DNA of 64,000 nt from assembly GCA_019358915.1 (NCBI GenBank), contig JAHHIM010000036.1, positions 384,001 through 448,000 on the forward strand, given 5' to 3'. Position 1 is the stretch's first letter; the number at the start of each line of letters is the position of its first letter. The position numbers and the translations under genes were made by a program. The stretch comes from Trichormus sp. ATA11-4-KO1 (GTDB lineage Bacteria > Cyanobacteriota > Cyanobacteriia > Cyanobacteriales > Nostocaceae). Positions 10,544 through 19,950 of this stretch are shown here, in pieces. A model generated the notes under the pieces. It had not been told where the DNA came from. It did no database searches and saw nothing but the letters and a program-made list of their open reading frames with translations.

Positions 10544-11331
10544 AATAGCCTCTTGAGTCGAATTTAAATTTTTTTGAACAAGATAATAAATGCCAGTAAA
10601 ACAGATGTTTCTTGCACAACATACAAACTTTCTTCACTAGACTTAGTAAGTCAATTCCAACTATTTCATGACAGAAATAGCTGGAATGACTACTGAGTAA
10701 ATAAAAACAGTTAAATTTCTTGGCTTTTCTCGAAGTTTCCTTGAGTTCATTCGCTGTATTAAAATTTAGTTTACAAGCTTTTTTGTCAAAGTGGTGAACT
10801 TTGAACAAGCAATTATAAACAAATATTAGATTGGTTATATAAGTAAAAATTTATCTTTAAAACTAAAAGCAGGTATGTTGATTTGATATATCAATTCTGG
10901 TTAATGATAAGCATTTGTTTAGAAAATACTTCACCTAATTTATCCATATATAGGATTTTATCTGACTTTTGAAATACACATAGGCGAGCCACTTTCGTGG
11001 GGGGGTGGTACCAATTGCCGAAAATAATGTGACAGTCGCTATGTGTGTCGCCAACATTTTTTGAATTTTCAAGGTGAGTTCGATTTTGACACAAGAATTC
11101 GCTATTCTCTGTATTCTCTACGCCTCTGTAGTTAAATTAGTTACTTTTCAACCGCAGAGATACAGAAAATGATCTCTTCTCCTATTCCCTGTCACTTGTA
11201 AACTATTTCCTACTTTCAAGCTAGTACATTATTTTTTTGACCAAAAATATTGGTGCCTCTGTTAGATATTATGCGTAGCGAAGTGTTATAAATCTTTATG
11301 TAACTGTTTAAAAGCAAGACAAACAAAATTT

Positions 11332-12027
11332 ATGAAGGTAAATTACAGCAAATTGCTCACCAATTTGGTAGGTGTAGTAGGAATAGCAGGTGTTAGTCTC
11401 CTAGTCACTTTACCATCTGGAGCAAATGAGACAAGTAATAATTTAGTAGCACAGGGCGGTGGGGCATTAAATCCCAGACCAAGTATTTTTAACGAACCTC
11501 CTTATAACCGTGGTAGCCGCACTTCACCCACTGAAGTTACACCTACTCCAAGTACTCCCCCAGCTACAACACCCCCCACAACTACCCCAGAGACAGGTAC
11601 AACTGATACTCAAGACAAAACCTTGTTAGCATTGGCAGAATCAAGCCCTTCTTTCACAACCTTAACCAAGGCTTTAAAAGCAGCAGGATTGACAGAAGCT
11701 TTGCAAGGTCAAGATGACTTAACAGTTTTTGCGCCCACTGATGCTGCATTTGCCAAATTACCGCAAGATGCTGTCAGAGATTTATTGAAGCCAGAAAATA
11801 AAGAAATCTTGCTAAAGCTATTAACTTACCATGTTGTCAGTGGTACAGTCTTATCTACTGATTTGAAATCTGGAGAAGTCAAAAGTGTTGAAGGTGGCGC
11901 AATTAGCGTCAAAGTTGATTCTGCTGGTGTGATGGTAAATGATGCCAAGGTAGTTCAGGCAGATATCAAAGGTAGTAATGGTGTGATCCATGCGATTGAC
12001 CAAGTGATTTTGCCTCCTGACTTGTAG
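11332..12027 (+). CDS. secreted fasciclin (FAS1) domain protein
   Basis: Signal peptide, Pro/Thr linker, TVFAPTDAAF, LTYHVV and NGVIHAIDQV motifs. Confidence 0.92.
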   Translation: MKVNYSKLLTNLVGVVGIAGVSLLVTLPSGANETSNNLVAQGGGALNPRPSIFNEPPYNRGSRTSPTEVTPTPSTPPATTPPTTTPETGTTDTQDKTLLALAESSPSFTTLTKALKAAGLTEALQGQDDLTVFAPTDAAFAKLPQDAVRDLLKPENKEILLKLLTYHVVSGTVLSTDLKSGEVKSVEGGAISVKVDSAGVMVNDAKVVQADIKGSNGVIHAIDQVILPPDL

Positions 12028-12170
12028 GTTTTAAACATTTAACCCTGCCTTTCCCCACCCTTTGCCAGGGGTGGGGTGATAAAATCTGCATAATATAAAT
12101 TTTTATTACAGTTTTTCTCGCTTTTGCCCTGTTAGTTAAAATATGTGTCACAATCTCTGTTGAGAGTTAA

Positions 12171-12273
12171 TTCGGCGACAGCGTTTGTTTTTAGTATTGA
12201 CAGGCTTTTTCCTTGTGGTATTTACAGACTTCTCTCCGAAATCTAAATCTCTACACTCTTGTGATTTTGGAGA
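12171..12273 (+). promoter_or_regulatory. conserved rbp 5'-UTR boxes
   Basis: TTCGGCGA (12171), TTTGTTTTTAGT (12184), TCTCCGAA (12233) and TTTGGAGA RBS (12266), as known upstream of cyanobacterial cold-inducible rbp genes. Confidence 0.7.
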
Positions 12274-12279
12274 CATTCT

Positions 12280-12585
12280 ATGTCAATTTATGTAGGCAAC
12301 CTTTCTTACGAAGTTACCCAAGATGCTCTAACTGCTGTGTTTACAGAGTATGGTTCTGTAAGACGGGTACAAATACCTACTGACCGTGAAACAGGTCGTG
12401 TGCGTGGCTTCGCTTTTGTAGAAATGGGTACAGAAGCTGAAGAAACAGCAGCTATTGATGCCCTTGATGGAGCTGAATGGATGGGACGTGACCTAAAAGT
12501 CAATAAGGCTAAACCCAAGGAAGATAGAGGTTCCTTTGGGGGTAACCGAGGCGGTGGCGGTGGCAACTTCCGTAACCGTTACTAA
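12280..12585 (+). CDS. rbp: RRM RNA-binding protein with Gly-rich tail (Rbp family)
   Basis: RNP2 IYVGNL, RNP1 RGFAFVEM and GGNRGGGGG tail; paralogue letter not assignable. Confidence 0.93.
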   Translation: MSIYVGNLSYEVTQDALTAVFTEYGSVRRVQIPTDRETGRVRGFAFVEMGTEAEETAAIDALDGAEWMGRDLKVNKAKPKEDRGSFGGNRGGGGGNFRNRY

Positions 12586-12718
12586 ACGAAATAAAGTCAA
12601 TTAGGTAGATAAACAGCTCTCAGACCATTATTCTGATACTTTAATTCTGCCTCAGTTTCACAAAACAAGTGCTATTTCTGAGCACATTTAGTTTGAGGAA
12701 CTTAATTGAATTTAGTAG

Positions 12719-12747
12719 AGGCTCAGGCATTATTGTCTGAGCCTTTT
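12719..12747 (+). terminator. intrinsic terminator between convergent rbp and PPIase genes
   Basis: AGGCTCAGGCA-TTAT-TGTCTGAGCCT followed by TTT. Confidence 0.7.
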
Positions 12748-12764
12748 GTGTACAAAAATTTTAT

Positions 12765-13520
12765 TCAGTTCAGTAAATAATTAGGTAAAGATGAATTGAG
12801 TAAAGAGTCTAGTTCTTTAACTAGCCAATTTTGAAACATATTATTGAGAACTTCTAAATATTTTTCAGGTGTTAATTCAGCAGGAAGGAACTCTTCCACC
12901 ATTAAAAGATGATAACCTTGCTCAGTTTTTAAAGGGCCTATCAACTGTTTAGGTGGTGTTCTAAATACGATCGCGGCTATATCTAGCTGGAGAGAAAAAC
13001 GATAGATTCTTCCTTCATAACCGCACTTTTGCCTGCGTTGAGCATCAATATTATAGAGGTGAGCGGCATCATAAAAACTGATTTCTTGATCTTCTATTTG
13101 ATAGTAAATTTCTTGAGCCAGTTTTTCAGAGTCAACAATGATTTGATAGAGAATTACCTGCTCAAACTCTAGGCGCTTGTGGATAAAAAACTGTTCTACT
13201 TCTTGAGCAAATAATGCTTGAGCTAATTTTTGTGACAACAGGCGATCGCGAATTTTCATTTCCCAGTCACTGGGAGTAACTAATTGATCCGTTAACCATG
13301 CTAGTGTGTCTGTAGCTTTCTCTAATCGCTGTTCGCGGCGCTGGCGATTCGCTTCAGCCTCAATCTCGGCTGTCGTCACAGTTATTCCTCTTTCCTCAGC
13401 TACATGCCATATCACCTTATCAAATAGAATTTTTTGATATACTTCCTTTAAACTCATTTCTTTTTTGAGGAAGTTGATAATTTCTTCGGCTTCAATAACT
13501 ATTTTAGAAAGGTCACTCAT
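12765..13520 (-). CDS. PpiC/parvulin-type peptidylprolyl isomerase of the kind linked to peptide exporters
   Basis: EISFYDAAHLY...GYEG...IGPLKTEQGYHLLMVEE rotamase pattern; downstream of hetC-hetP. Confidence 0.8.
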   Translation of the reverse strand: MSDLSKIVIEAEEIINFLKKEMSLKEVYQKILFDKVIWHVAEERGITVTTAEIEAEANRQRREQRLEKATDTLAWLTDQLVTPSDWEMKIRDRLLSQKLAQALFAQEVEQFFIHKRLEFEQVILYQIIVDSEKLAQEIYYQIEDQEISFYDAAHLYNIDAQRRQKCGYEGRIYRFSLQLDIAAIVFRTPPKQLIGPLKTEQGYHLLMVEEFLPAELTPEKYLEVLNNMFQNWLVKELDSLLNSSLPNYLLN

Positions 13521-13906
13521 TGGTATTTAGGTTGTTAAATAACCAGTTAAACAAGGTTTTAGTTCATCGCTTTGAAAAATATAAAAAACTGGAAGCTAAA
13601 AAAGTTAAGTAGCTTCCAGAAATTACTATATAAATTGTAAACTTATAAAGCGGAAAGAATCCTATTTGGGAGAAAAAGGATTAAGATATTTGCAAGAAAA
13701 GCGTAAGTTCTATCAGCCATAACAATGATGGAATCGTCACTTTTTCCTTTTTCGCTGCTGGTGAAGGTGTTAATCGTCAGCTTTTAAACTCAAATAACAC
13801 CAACTTCAGCCAAGAAGCTCTATCCAGTTTCCCCACGTTTAGAGACTCGATAGAAAACATTCAAAGTTAGGATGGCGGGGAGACGCTAATCTAACTTTTA
13901 TTTGCT

Positions 13907-14044
13907 TTAACTTCTGCCGAAAAAAGAACCACCATTCGCAACGGTCACATCGTTATTTTTGGTTGAGGAGTTGTTTACTCCCTGATATACTGACTGCTTC
14001 AGCAACTGCAATCAGTTATATGTGTTTCATAGTCAGATAATCAT
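13907..14044 (-). pseudogene. decayed double-glycine-leader peptide gene at the patC position
   Basis: Reads MII* then, frameshifted, MKHI*LIAVAEAVSISG; resembles MIISD..E...SGG leaders; lies directly downstream of hetP; 3' boundary uncertain. Confidence 0.45.
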
Positions 14045-14231
14045 TGATTTTATCGTTGTAAATTAATTTTTTTCATCACCTCTTGTTGAGTAGTTATTTA
14101 TAATCTATAGGATCTTGTTAGAAAATATTTGCCATTTTGGCAATAGTTTTCGTATTTAGGATGAAATACTTAAAATATAAATTTTTGAAAAACAAATTTT
14201 TTTAGCAGTTTATGCAACTGTAAAATTATAT

Positions 14232-14273
14232 AAAAAACCTACCATACTCATGAGAAATACATAGTATGGCAGG
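14232..14273 (-). terminator. intrinsic terminator after hetP
   Basis: Minus strand CCTGCCATACT...AGTATGGTAGG followed by TTTTTT. Confidence 0.65.
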
Positions 14274-14326
14274 CGTTAACACTCCCAATAATCTGTGAAG
14301 CATGATCTATTAATGCAATAGATTGT

Positions 14327-14797
14327 TTAATTAAATTCACAGATTTTCAATGATTCATCTTCAGCTTTTTCAGGGTTTAATGCCAATGATATGGGTTGAG
14401 ATTCGTGCATTTGCTTTGCCGATGAATTATTTAAACTACCACCACGAATTTCTCTGGTTTGATTTCCCACTACTTCAAGATAAGCCAGGTCTTTAATTTT
14501 ACTTAAGCAACCTGGTGAACTCTTCATATCAGACCTTTTACTAGCCGACGGTTGAGCAGTTTTCATACTTTCGTTATGCTGTTGGTGCGTTCTGCTAACT
14601 TGGGTGTTTTCTTTCAGCAATCGGTTATAAGTGCGGTAAGGAATGTAATGTAAAGGATTATAACCAACTATGCGTAGCATTAAAACACATGCCCAGGAAT
14701 ACTTTCCGGCAAGAATCGCTTCCACTATTTGATCGAATTGTTGAGGATTCATTGCTTTATTGAAATTGCTACTAATGCCAGGAATATCTTGATTCAT
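14327..14797 (-). CDS. hetP: heterocyst commitment protein HetP
   Basis: [39 protein letters not shown]; 156 aa; downstream of hetC. Confidence 0.93.
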   Translation of the reverse strand: MNQDIPGISSNFNKAMNPQQFDQIVEAILAGKYSWACVLMLRIVGYNPLHYIPYRTYNRLLKENTQVSRTHQQHNESMKTAQPSASKRSDMKSSPGCLSKIKDLAYLEVVGNQTREIRGGSLNNSSAKQMHESQPISLALNPEKAEDESLKICEFN

Positions 14798-15376
14798 AGT
14801 GTTAGTTATCTTTGATGAAGCTAGATCAATTTCGTCAGTTTTTGGTGTTGCAGTTGACTTGCAGTTACTGAGTTATTCTCGGAAATATATTGGCTGTGTG
14901 GCGAATGAGGCGATCGCACTAGTAAAGCTTGATGCCTGCTGAGGAATTAGATAGTAGTAAAAATAAAAATCATTGAGCTTCATTTCTAAACTTTCCCCTT
15001 GATTTGAGGTTTCTACTGCATTTGACTTGATAATTTCCATGAGTGGAAACAAGTCTGTATGTAGCTCGTGGTAGATGCAGTTTTGACTTCTTGTGAATGT
15101 CTGGTCTATTAATCTAAATTTACTGACCCTGATCATTTATTGTATATTTTCTGCTCGGCAATTAAGAGCAATTTTGGATAAATTTATTTGTTTTTACTTA
15201 AGTATGAAAACTTATTTATCCAATAATACTAAGAATAGCTTTCGTATTTATACTATTCTATCTCATTAATCTTATTCGTCATTATAGCATTGCTACCAGT
15301 CAAATTTACTGAACTTTTTTTCATGTTATTTCTTTGTTGTGCAACTTTGTTTTTTGTCACTTATTTACTAAGAGAT

Positions 15377-15393
15377 GAGGGGTTTAACCCCCT
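15377..15393. promoter_or_regulatory. HetR-binding inverted repeat upstream of hetP
   Basis: GAGGGGTTTAACCCCCT (GGG-N5-CCC core), close to the known hetP site GAGGGGTCTAACCCCTC; about 580 bp upstream of the hetP ATG. Confidence 0.8.
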
Positions 15394-15865
15394 ATTGGTA
15401 ATATCTTTGAGGTTTTGAATTTAATTAATCTACTAGAAAAATTTACCATCAAATAAGTTAATAAACAACTGTTTGATAAAACAAAAGAAATATCATTAAA
15501 AACTCACCCAGGATTCTTTGGTTAGAGTTATTGAGAATTGTTTTCCCTGATATTGATGATATTTATACCGCCAAAAGCTGAATATACAAGCCTAATAGCT
15601 ATTAGGGCTGGCGACTTCGCTGAATCTTGAAGCAGTCACAGTTAAAAAATTAGGGTAATTAATGTTTTATGTTATGATCTATTGACTTATTGAAGATTTA
15701 TAAATTATCTATAACCAAACATCCATTGAGGATATTTGAAAAAAATATGTAGCAGTCTTAGTCTGCATATCATTGATGGAATGCAGCGAATCAGAGAGTT
15801 TTATTCAGTGTGTCTGGAAGCAAATTTATAGGTAGATTGAGCTTTAACCACCTGAGCCAGGTGAA

Positions 15866-18800
15866 TTATAGTTGTAATTGCAGTTGAGCTAAGTTGTAAT
15901 AAAGACCAGCAATTTCCATTAATTCTTGATGAGTACCTTGTTCAACAAGAAAACCTCTGTCTAGGACGAGTATGTAGTCAGCTTGACGCACACTAGAGAA
16001 ACGATGGGAGATGATAAAAGTGGTACGATCGCTACTCATCCTGGTTAAGTTCTGTTGCAAGCAGAGTTCCGATTCTGCATCTAGTCCGCTAGTCGCTTCA
16101 TCCAAAATCAAAATACCTGGATTTCTAATCAATGCGCGGGCGATCGCAATTTTTTGTTTTTGTCCACCAGAAAGCGTTACACCCCTCTCCCCTACCTCGG
16201 TGTTGTAACCGAAGGGTAATGCTTGAATAAAGGCATGTGCTTCAGCTAACTTTGCAGCTGCGATCGCCTGCTCTAAGCTAAACTCCGAACTGTATAAGGT
16301 GATGTTTTCTAAAATGGTTCCAGAAAACAAAAAACAATCTTGCGGTACAAAACCCAACTGACTCCGCAACGACTGGAGAGAAACCAGCGAAATATCTTGC
16401 CCATCAATGAAAATCCTTCCAGCGTGGGGACGATATAAACCAGCCAGCAAATTCGCTAAAGTACTTTTACCTGAACCACTCTGACCGATAATGCCAATAG
16501 TCTGCTGGGGTTGCACTTGAAAAGAGATATTTTGTAAAGTGTTGCCGTTTTCGGGGTTATATCGGCAGCAAACATTTTCAAAATGCACTTCACCGCGAAT
16601 CGGAGGCATTACCAGTAGCGGTGTTGGGGAATTTTCTTCTGGCTGGGAAGCAAAGACATCCTCCAGCCTCTCCAGAGAAATCTGGATCTCTGGGAACTCA
16701 TCCCACAACCCCACCAATGCCAAAATGGCGATCGCAATATTACTAATAAGCAGATTAAAAGCGACAAACCTACCGAGTGTCATCTGCCCACTAATTACCA
16801 GATTTGCCCCAAACCACAAAATAACTGTGCTACCAACGTGATTAAGCAAACTTCTGGTGAGTTGCAAGTTACTCACCAACTTTCGTCCCCGCAACCGCAC
16901 CTTCAACATATTCTGAAAACGCTCTTGCCAATGCATCTGCACTGGGTATTCAGCTGCTGCGGTTTTGACTATAGCAATACCAGTAATCATTTCGCGCATC
17001 GAGGTGTTATGTCCTGCCGATTCCTGTAAAATTTCCTGCGACGCTTTTTTGAGGAATGGACTTGTGCCGATAGTCAAGATTACAACTAGTAGCATCCAAA
17101 CCAGTACCAGGAGAGTCAATTGCCAGTTGTAATCAGCCATTAACCCTAGGTATATCACCACCATGAAGGTGTCTATCGTGCCATTGATAGCTTGACGAGT
17201 CAGAAATAATTGGATTTTGCGGTTTTCTTGGACGCGGCTAATAATGTCTTCTACTTGACGCGAGGCAAAAAATTGCCACGGCAACTGCAACGTATAGTTA
17301 ATGAAACGACCAATCAAGTTAATATCGATTCGATTGGCAACATACTCCAATAAGTATTGACGCTGTGCTGTTAAAACAGCACGCCAGATACCTAAACCCA
17401 GGAAGCTGACAGCAAAAATATTCAGCGTATCAAAGTCTTTCAGGGGCATTACTTGGTCGATTACCACCTGAGTAAATAAGGGAGTCGCTAGCCCAAACAC
17501 TTGCACCAACATGGAAGCGAGAATAATTTGACCGAGTAATTTACGGTAATGCCCCAATGTGTGCCAATAACGACCCAGAGAAATTTTTTCGTTCTTGAGA
17601 TTATAAAAATCTGCGGTGGGGTTTAAAAGTAGGGCGTATCCTGTCCAACTAGCGACAAACTCCGGACGTGAAAGCCAGCGCTTACCGATGGCTGGATCGG
17701 AAATCAATAAGCGATCGCTTTTGACTCGCCAGACAACAACATAGTGAATTCCTTGCCAATGAGCAATCCAAGGATTTGGATCAGCATCTAACTTATCTAA
17801 ACTTGCCCGTACTGGTAGCACATCATATCCCAAGGTGGCAGCTGCGGCGGCTAAATTTTGCAGAGATGCACCCATGCGGTCTACCTGTGCTAAATTTCGC
17901 AGGGTGTAAAGGTTCAAGCGTTTACCCCAGTACTGACAAACCATCGCCAAACACGCCGCACCACAATCCGATGAACTTTGCTGTTGAATGCAGGGATAAG
18001 AACGCCATAACTTATTTCTTAACCGAGGCTGGTTTTCCGCTTGAGGAAAGTTAATTTCTTCCACATTTGGCAGAAGTTCCGCTTCTGTTGTTGATTCTGC
18101 TTGTTCCTGATCCCCAATCTCCAGTGCCCAATCTCTATTGTGATGTGGAACAGGAAGTGGTATTTGGGTTATTGGTGCGCTTTCTGCTGCTGCTACTGGT
18201 GCAGATTTTTCCGGAAATAACTGCGGTGCGATCGCTCTGACTAATTCCCAATTATTTGTTGACAAATGGTAAACTAACAAATCGGTTTCGGCAATCCCAT
18301 CAGTCGGTGTGATATCAGGATATCCCCAGCTATCGCCTATCTGTAGTGAGTTGTCAATTTTGCCCCCCGCCAGCCAAAAGCGTCCCTTAACTGAAGAAGT
18401 TGTTTCTACTAGAGATGAACCAGCCGTGATCTTAGTAGCTACGAGGTAGGGTAGTAATTCTCGCAGAGTGGAACTAGTAAGCGATCGCAACTCGGTATAA
18501 CTTTTAAAAAAAATCAGTGCTTGCTGTTTACAAGTTAACTGCTGTAAATAACTTTTTAATTTAGGTAGGCGCTGCAACCACTGTTTTAAATCAGAAATAG
18601 CTATTTGCGCTATACAACCTGCACTAGCTGCGATCGCTCGGTATGGTAAAGGTTGATGACAAAATAAATGATCTGCCCCAAAAGTTTGTTCTGTTAATAG
18701 CAACTGTGTAGAAACTTCTCGTTTCAAAGTTGCATCAAAACCCAATAAACGCACGCGACCATGACAAACTAAGTAAAGAAAATCTTCAGTGTCGCCATTG

Positions 18801-18997
18801 AGAGCATAGCTACTTAGTTCATCACCTAGTTGAAACTCACGTATCACCCAAAATTGGCTAAAGTCTGATATGATACTTGTATCCCCTACAACTATCTTCA
18901 AAAATTTGAGGATAGCCGCTTCTGGAGTAGGAGATTGTTGGTTATTGGTATCTTTTTGCATATCTCCCTGAACTCTGAACGACAAAGAGGGGTTCAT
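15866..18997 (-). CDS. hetC: HetC: C39 peptidase-containing ABC exporter with N-terminal cNMP-like domains
   Basis: QQSSSDCGAACL, HYVVV and ISDP catalytic motifs; TM domain; GQSGSGKST, LSGGQ, ILDE; 1043 aa; upstream of hetP. Confidence 0.92.
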   Translation of the reverse strand: MNPSLSFRVQGDMQKDTNNQQSPTPEAAILKFLKIVVGDTSIISDFSQFWVIREFQLGDELSSYALNGDTEDFLYLVCHGRVRLLGFDATLKREVSTQLLLTEQTFGADHLFCHQPLPYRAIAASAGCIAQIAISDLKQWLQRLPKLKSYLQQLTCKQQALIFFKSYTELRSLTSSTLRELLPYLVATKITAGSSLVETTSSVKGRFWLAGGKIDNSLQIGDSWGYPDITPTDGIAETDLLVYHLSTNNWELVRAIAPQLFPEKSAPVAAAESAPITQIPLPVPHHNRDWALEIGDQEQAESTTEAELLPNVEEINFPQAENQPRLRNKLWRSYPCIQQQSSSDCGAACLAMVCQYWGKRLNLYTLRNLAQVDRMGASLQNLAAAAATLGYDVLPVRASLDKLDADPNPWIAHWQGIHYVVVWRVKSDRLLISDPAIGKRWLSRPEFVASWTGYALLLNPTADFYNLKNEKISLGRYWHTLGHYRKLLGQIILASMLVQVFGLATPLFTQVVIDQVMPLKDFDTLNIFAVSFLGLGIWRAVLTAQRQYLLEYVANRIDINLIGRFINYTLQLPWQFFASRQVEDIISRVQENRKIQLFLTRQAINGTIDTFMVVIYLGLMADYNWQLTLLVLVWMLLVVILTIGTSPFLKKASQEILQESAGHNTSMREMITGIAIVKTAAAEYPVQMHWQERFQNMLKVRLRGRKLVSNLQLTRSLLNHVGSTVILWFGANLVISGQMTLGRFVAFNLLISNIAIAILALVGLWDEFPEIQISLERLEDVFASQPEENSPTPLLVMPPIRGEVHFENVCCRYNPENGNTLQNISFQVQPQQTIGIIGQSGSGKSTLANLLAGLYRPHAGRIFIDGQDISLVSLQSLRSQLGFVPQDCFLFSGTILENITLYSSEFSLEQAIAAAKLAEAHAFIQALPFGYNTEVGERGVTLSGGQKQKIAIARALIRNPGILILDEATSGLDAESELCLQQNLTRMSSDRTTFIISHRFSSVRQADYILVLDRGFLVEQGTHQELMEIAGLYYNLAQLQLQL

Positions 18998-19561
18998 AGT
19001 TTGACTTCTGGTTATTTGTATGATGTTTAACTTGTAATATGTGAGCAGTTGTAGTCTCAGAAAATAGAGATATAAATGCTTGGATTAATTGGGTTTTGCA
19101 TTATTCAAATGTTATTAATCAACAAATATTTAAGCTCATTTTTCCTACATACAGTTTTAATCACAAGATTTTACTAGGAGAATGCAGCTTGAATTGACAC
19201 CAGAAACTTAAGCATCTGCTTCAGGATTACATTCTATAACTTGTAAAAAATTGATACTTGTTGAATAATTCCAGATAACTTAGCTAATGAACTGTGCCCC
19301 CAACTGAACATTAGTGTTACCAGAAAATCTAGAATATCAATTTCTAAGAATAAACATAAGCATAAGAAAATCAGTAACTTTTATGACTAAAATTAGCAAT
19401 ACTTGTATTTTTGAAAAATGCCGTCTTAATGCGTAAGTATTTAAATTGTTTTTTAACCCTACTTATACTTTCCTGGGGTTCATGAAATACCCGGAAAATA
19501 AAACTAAAAATTGGAGATTTTTAGTTTTTGAGTTGTATACACAATACCGTTCAAAATACAA

Positions 19562-19603
19562 ATAATAAAATATCTGTGGTAGTTGTTGTGTATCTTTGGT
19601 TAC
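19562..19603 (-). promoter_or_regulatory. NtcA-activated promoter of hetC
   Basis: GTAACCAAAGATAC (GTA-N8-TAC, 19603-19590), 22-nt spacer, then TATTAT -10 box; about 565 bp upstream of the hetC ATG. Confidence 0.85.
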
Positions 19604-19608
19604 AGATT

Positions 19609-19880
19609 TAACGTGAGTCTCCAAGGAAGGCGCACCTGCGGGAAGGGCGAAAGAAACAGAATCCTCCGTACTTTTTACTCGTAACTCAGCACTATTTCTT
19701 AGGAGTTCTACAAGTTGAAAAAACCCCTCTCCAAACCTCTCCCCTACAAAGAGGAGCCACTACGTTGTGCGGGTTCACCGCGTTGTAGCAAGTGGCGTAG
19801 AGGCTTCAAAACCTTAATTTATCGTTGGCCCCTTTCCGTGTCGGAGAGGGGTTGGGGTGAGGTTAATCGAATTCACGTTC
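19609..19880. mobile_element. inverted copy of the 1854-2010 MITE carrying two nested insertions
   Basis: Colinear with the reverse complement of 1854-2010; extra segments at about 19619-19705 and 19754-19798. Confidence 0.72.
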
Positions 19881-19950
19881 TTACTTTGGGGCTAGTTTCT
19901 TCATCTCTGTTCCCTATTCCCTGTTCCCGCCCCAAAGGGGCTGATGAAAG

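Noticed and set aside
10800..10890. CmpR (LysR) T-N11-A sites upstream of cmpA
   Set aside because: Plausible, but the region is too AT-rich to single out a site
14873..15136. 87-aa ORF between hetC and hetP
   Set aside because: No clear RBS or motif; lies in the probable hetP leader
19270..19495. DIF1-like TCTGGA/TCCGGG hexamers upstream of hetC, and TCCGGA at 51704
   Set aside because: Short motifs without a convincing -10 partner; TSS data would be needed
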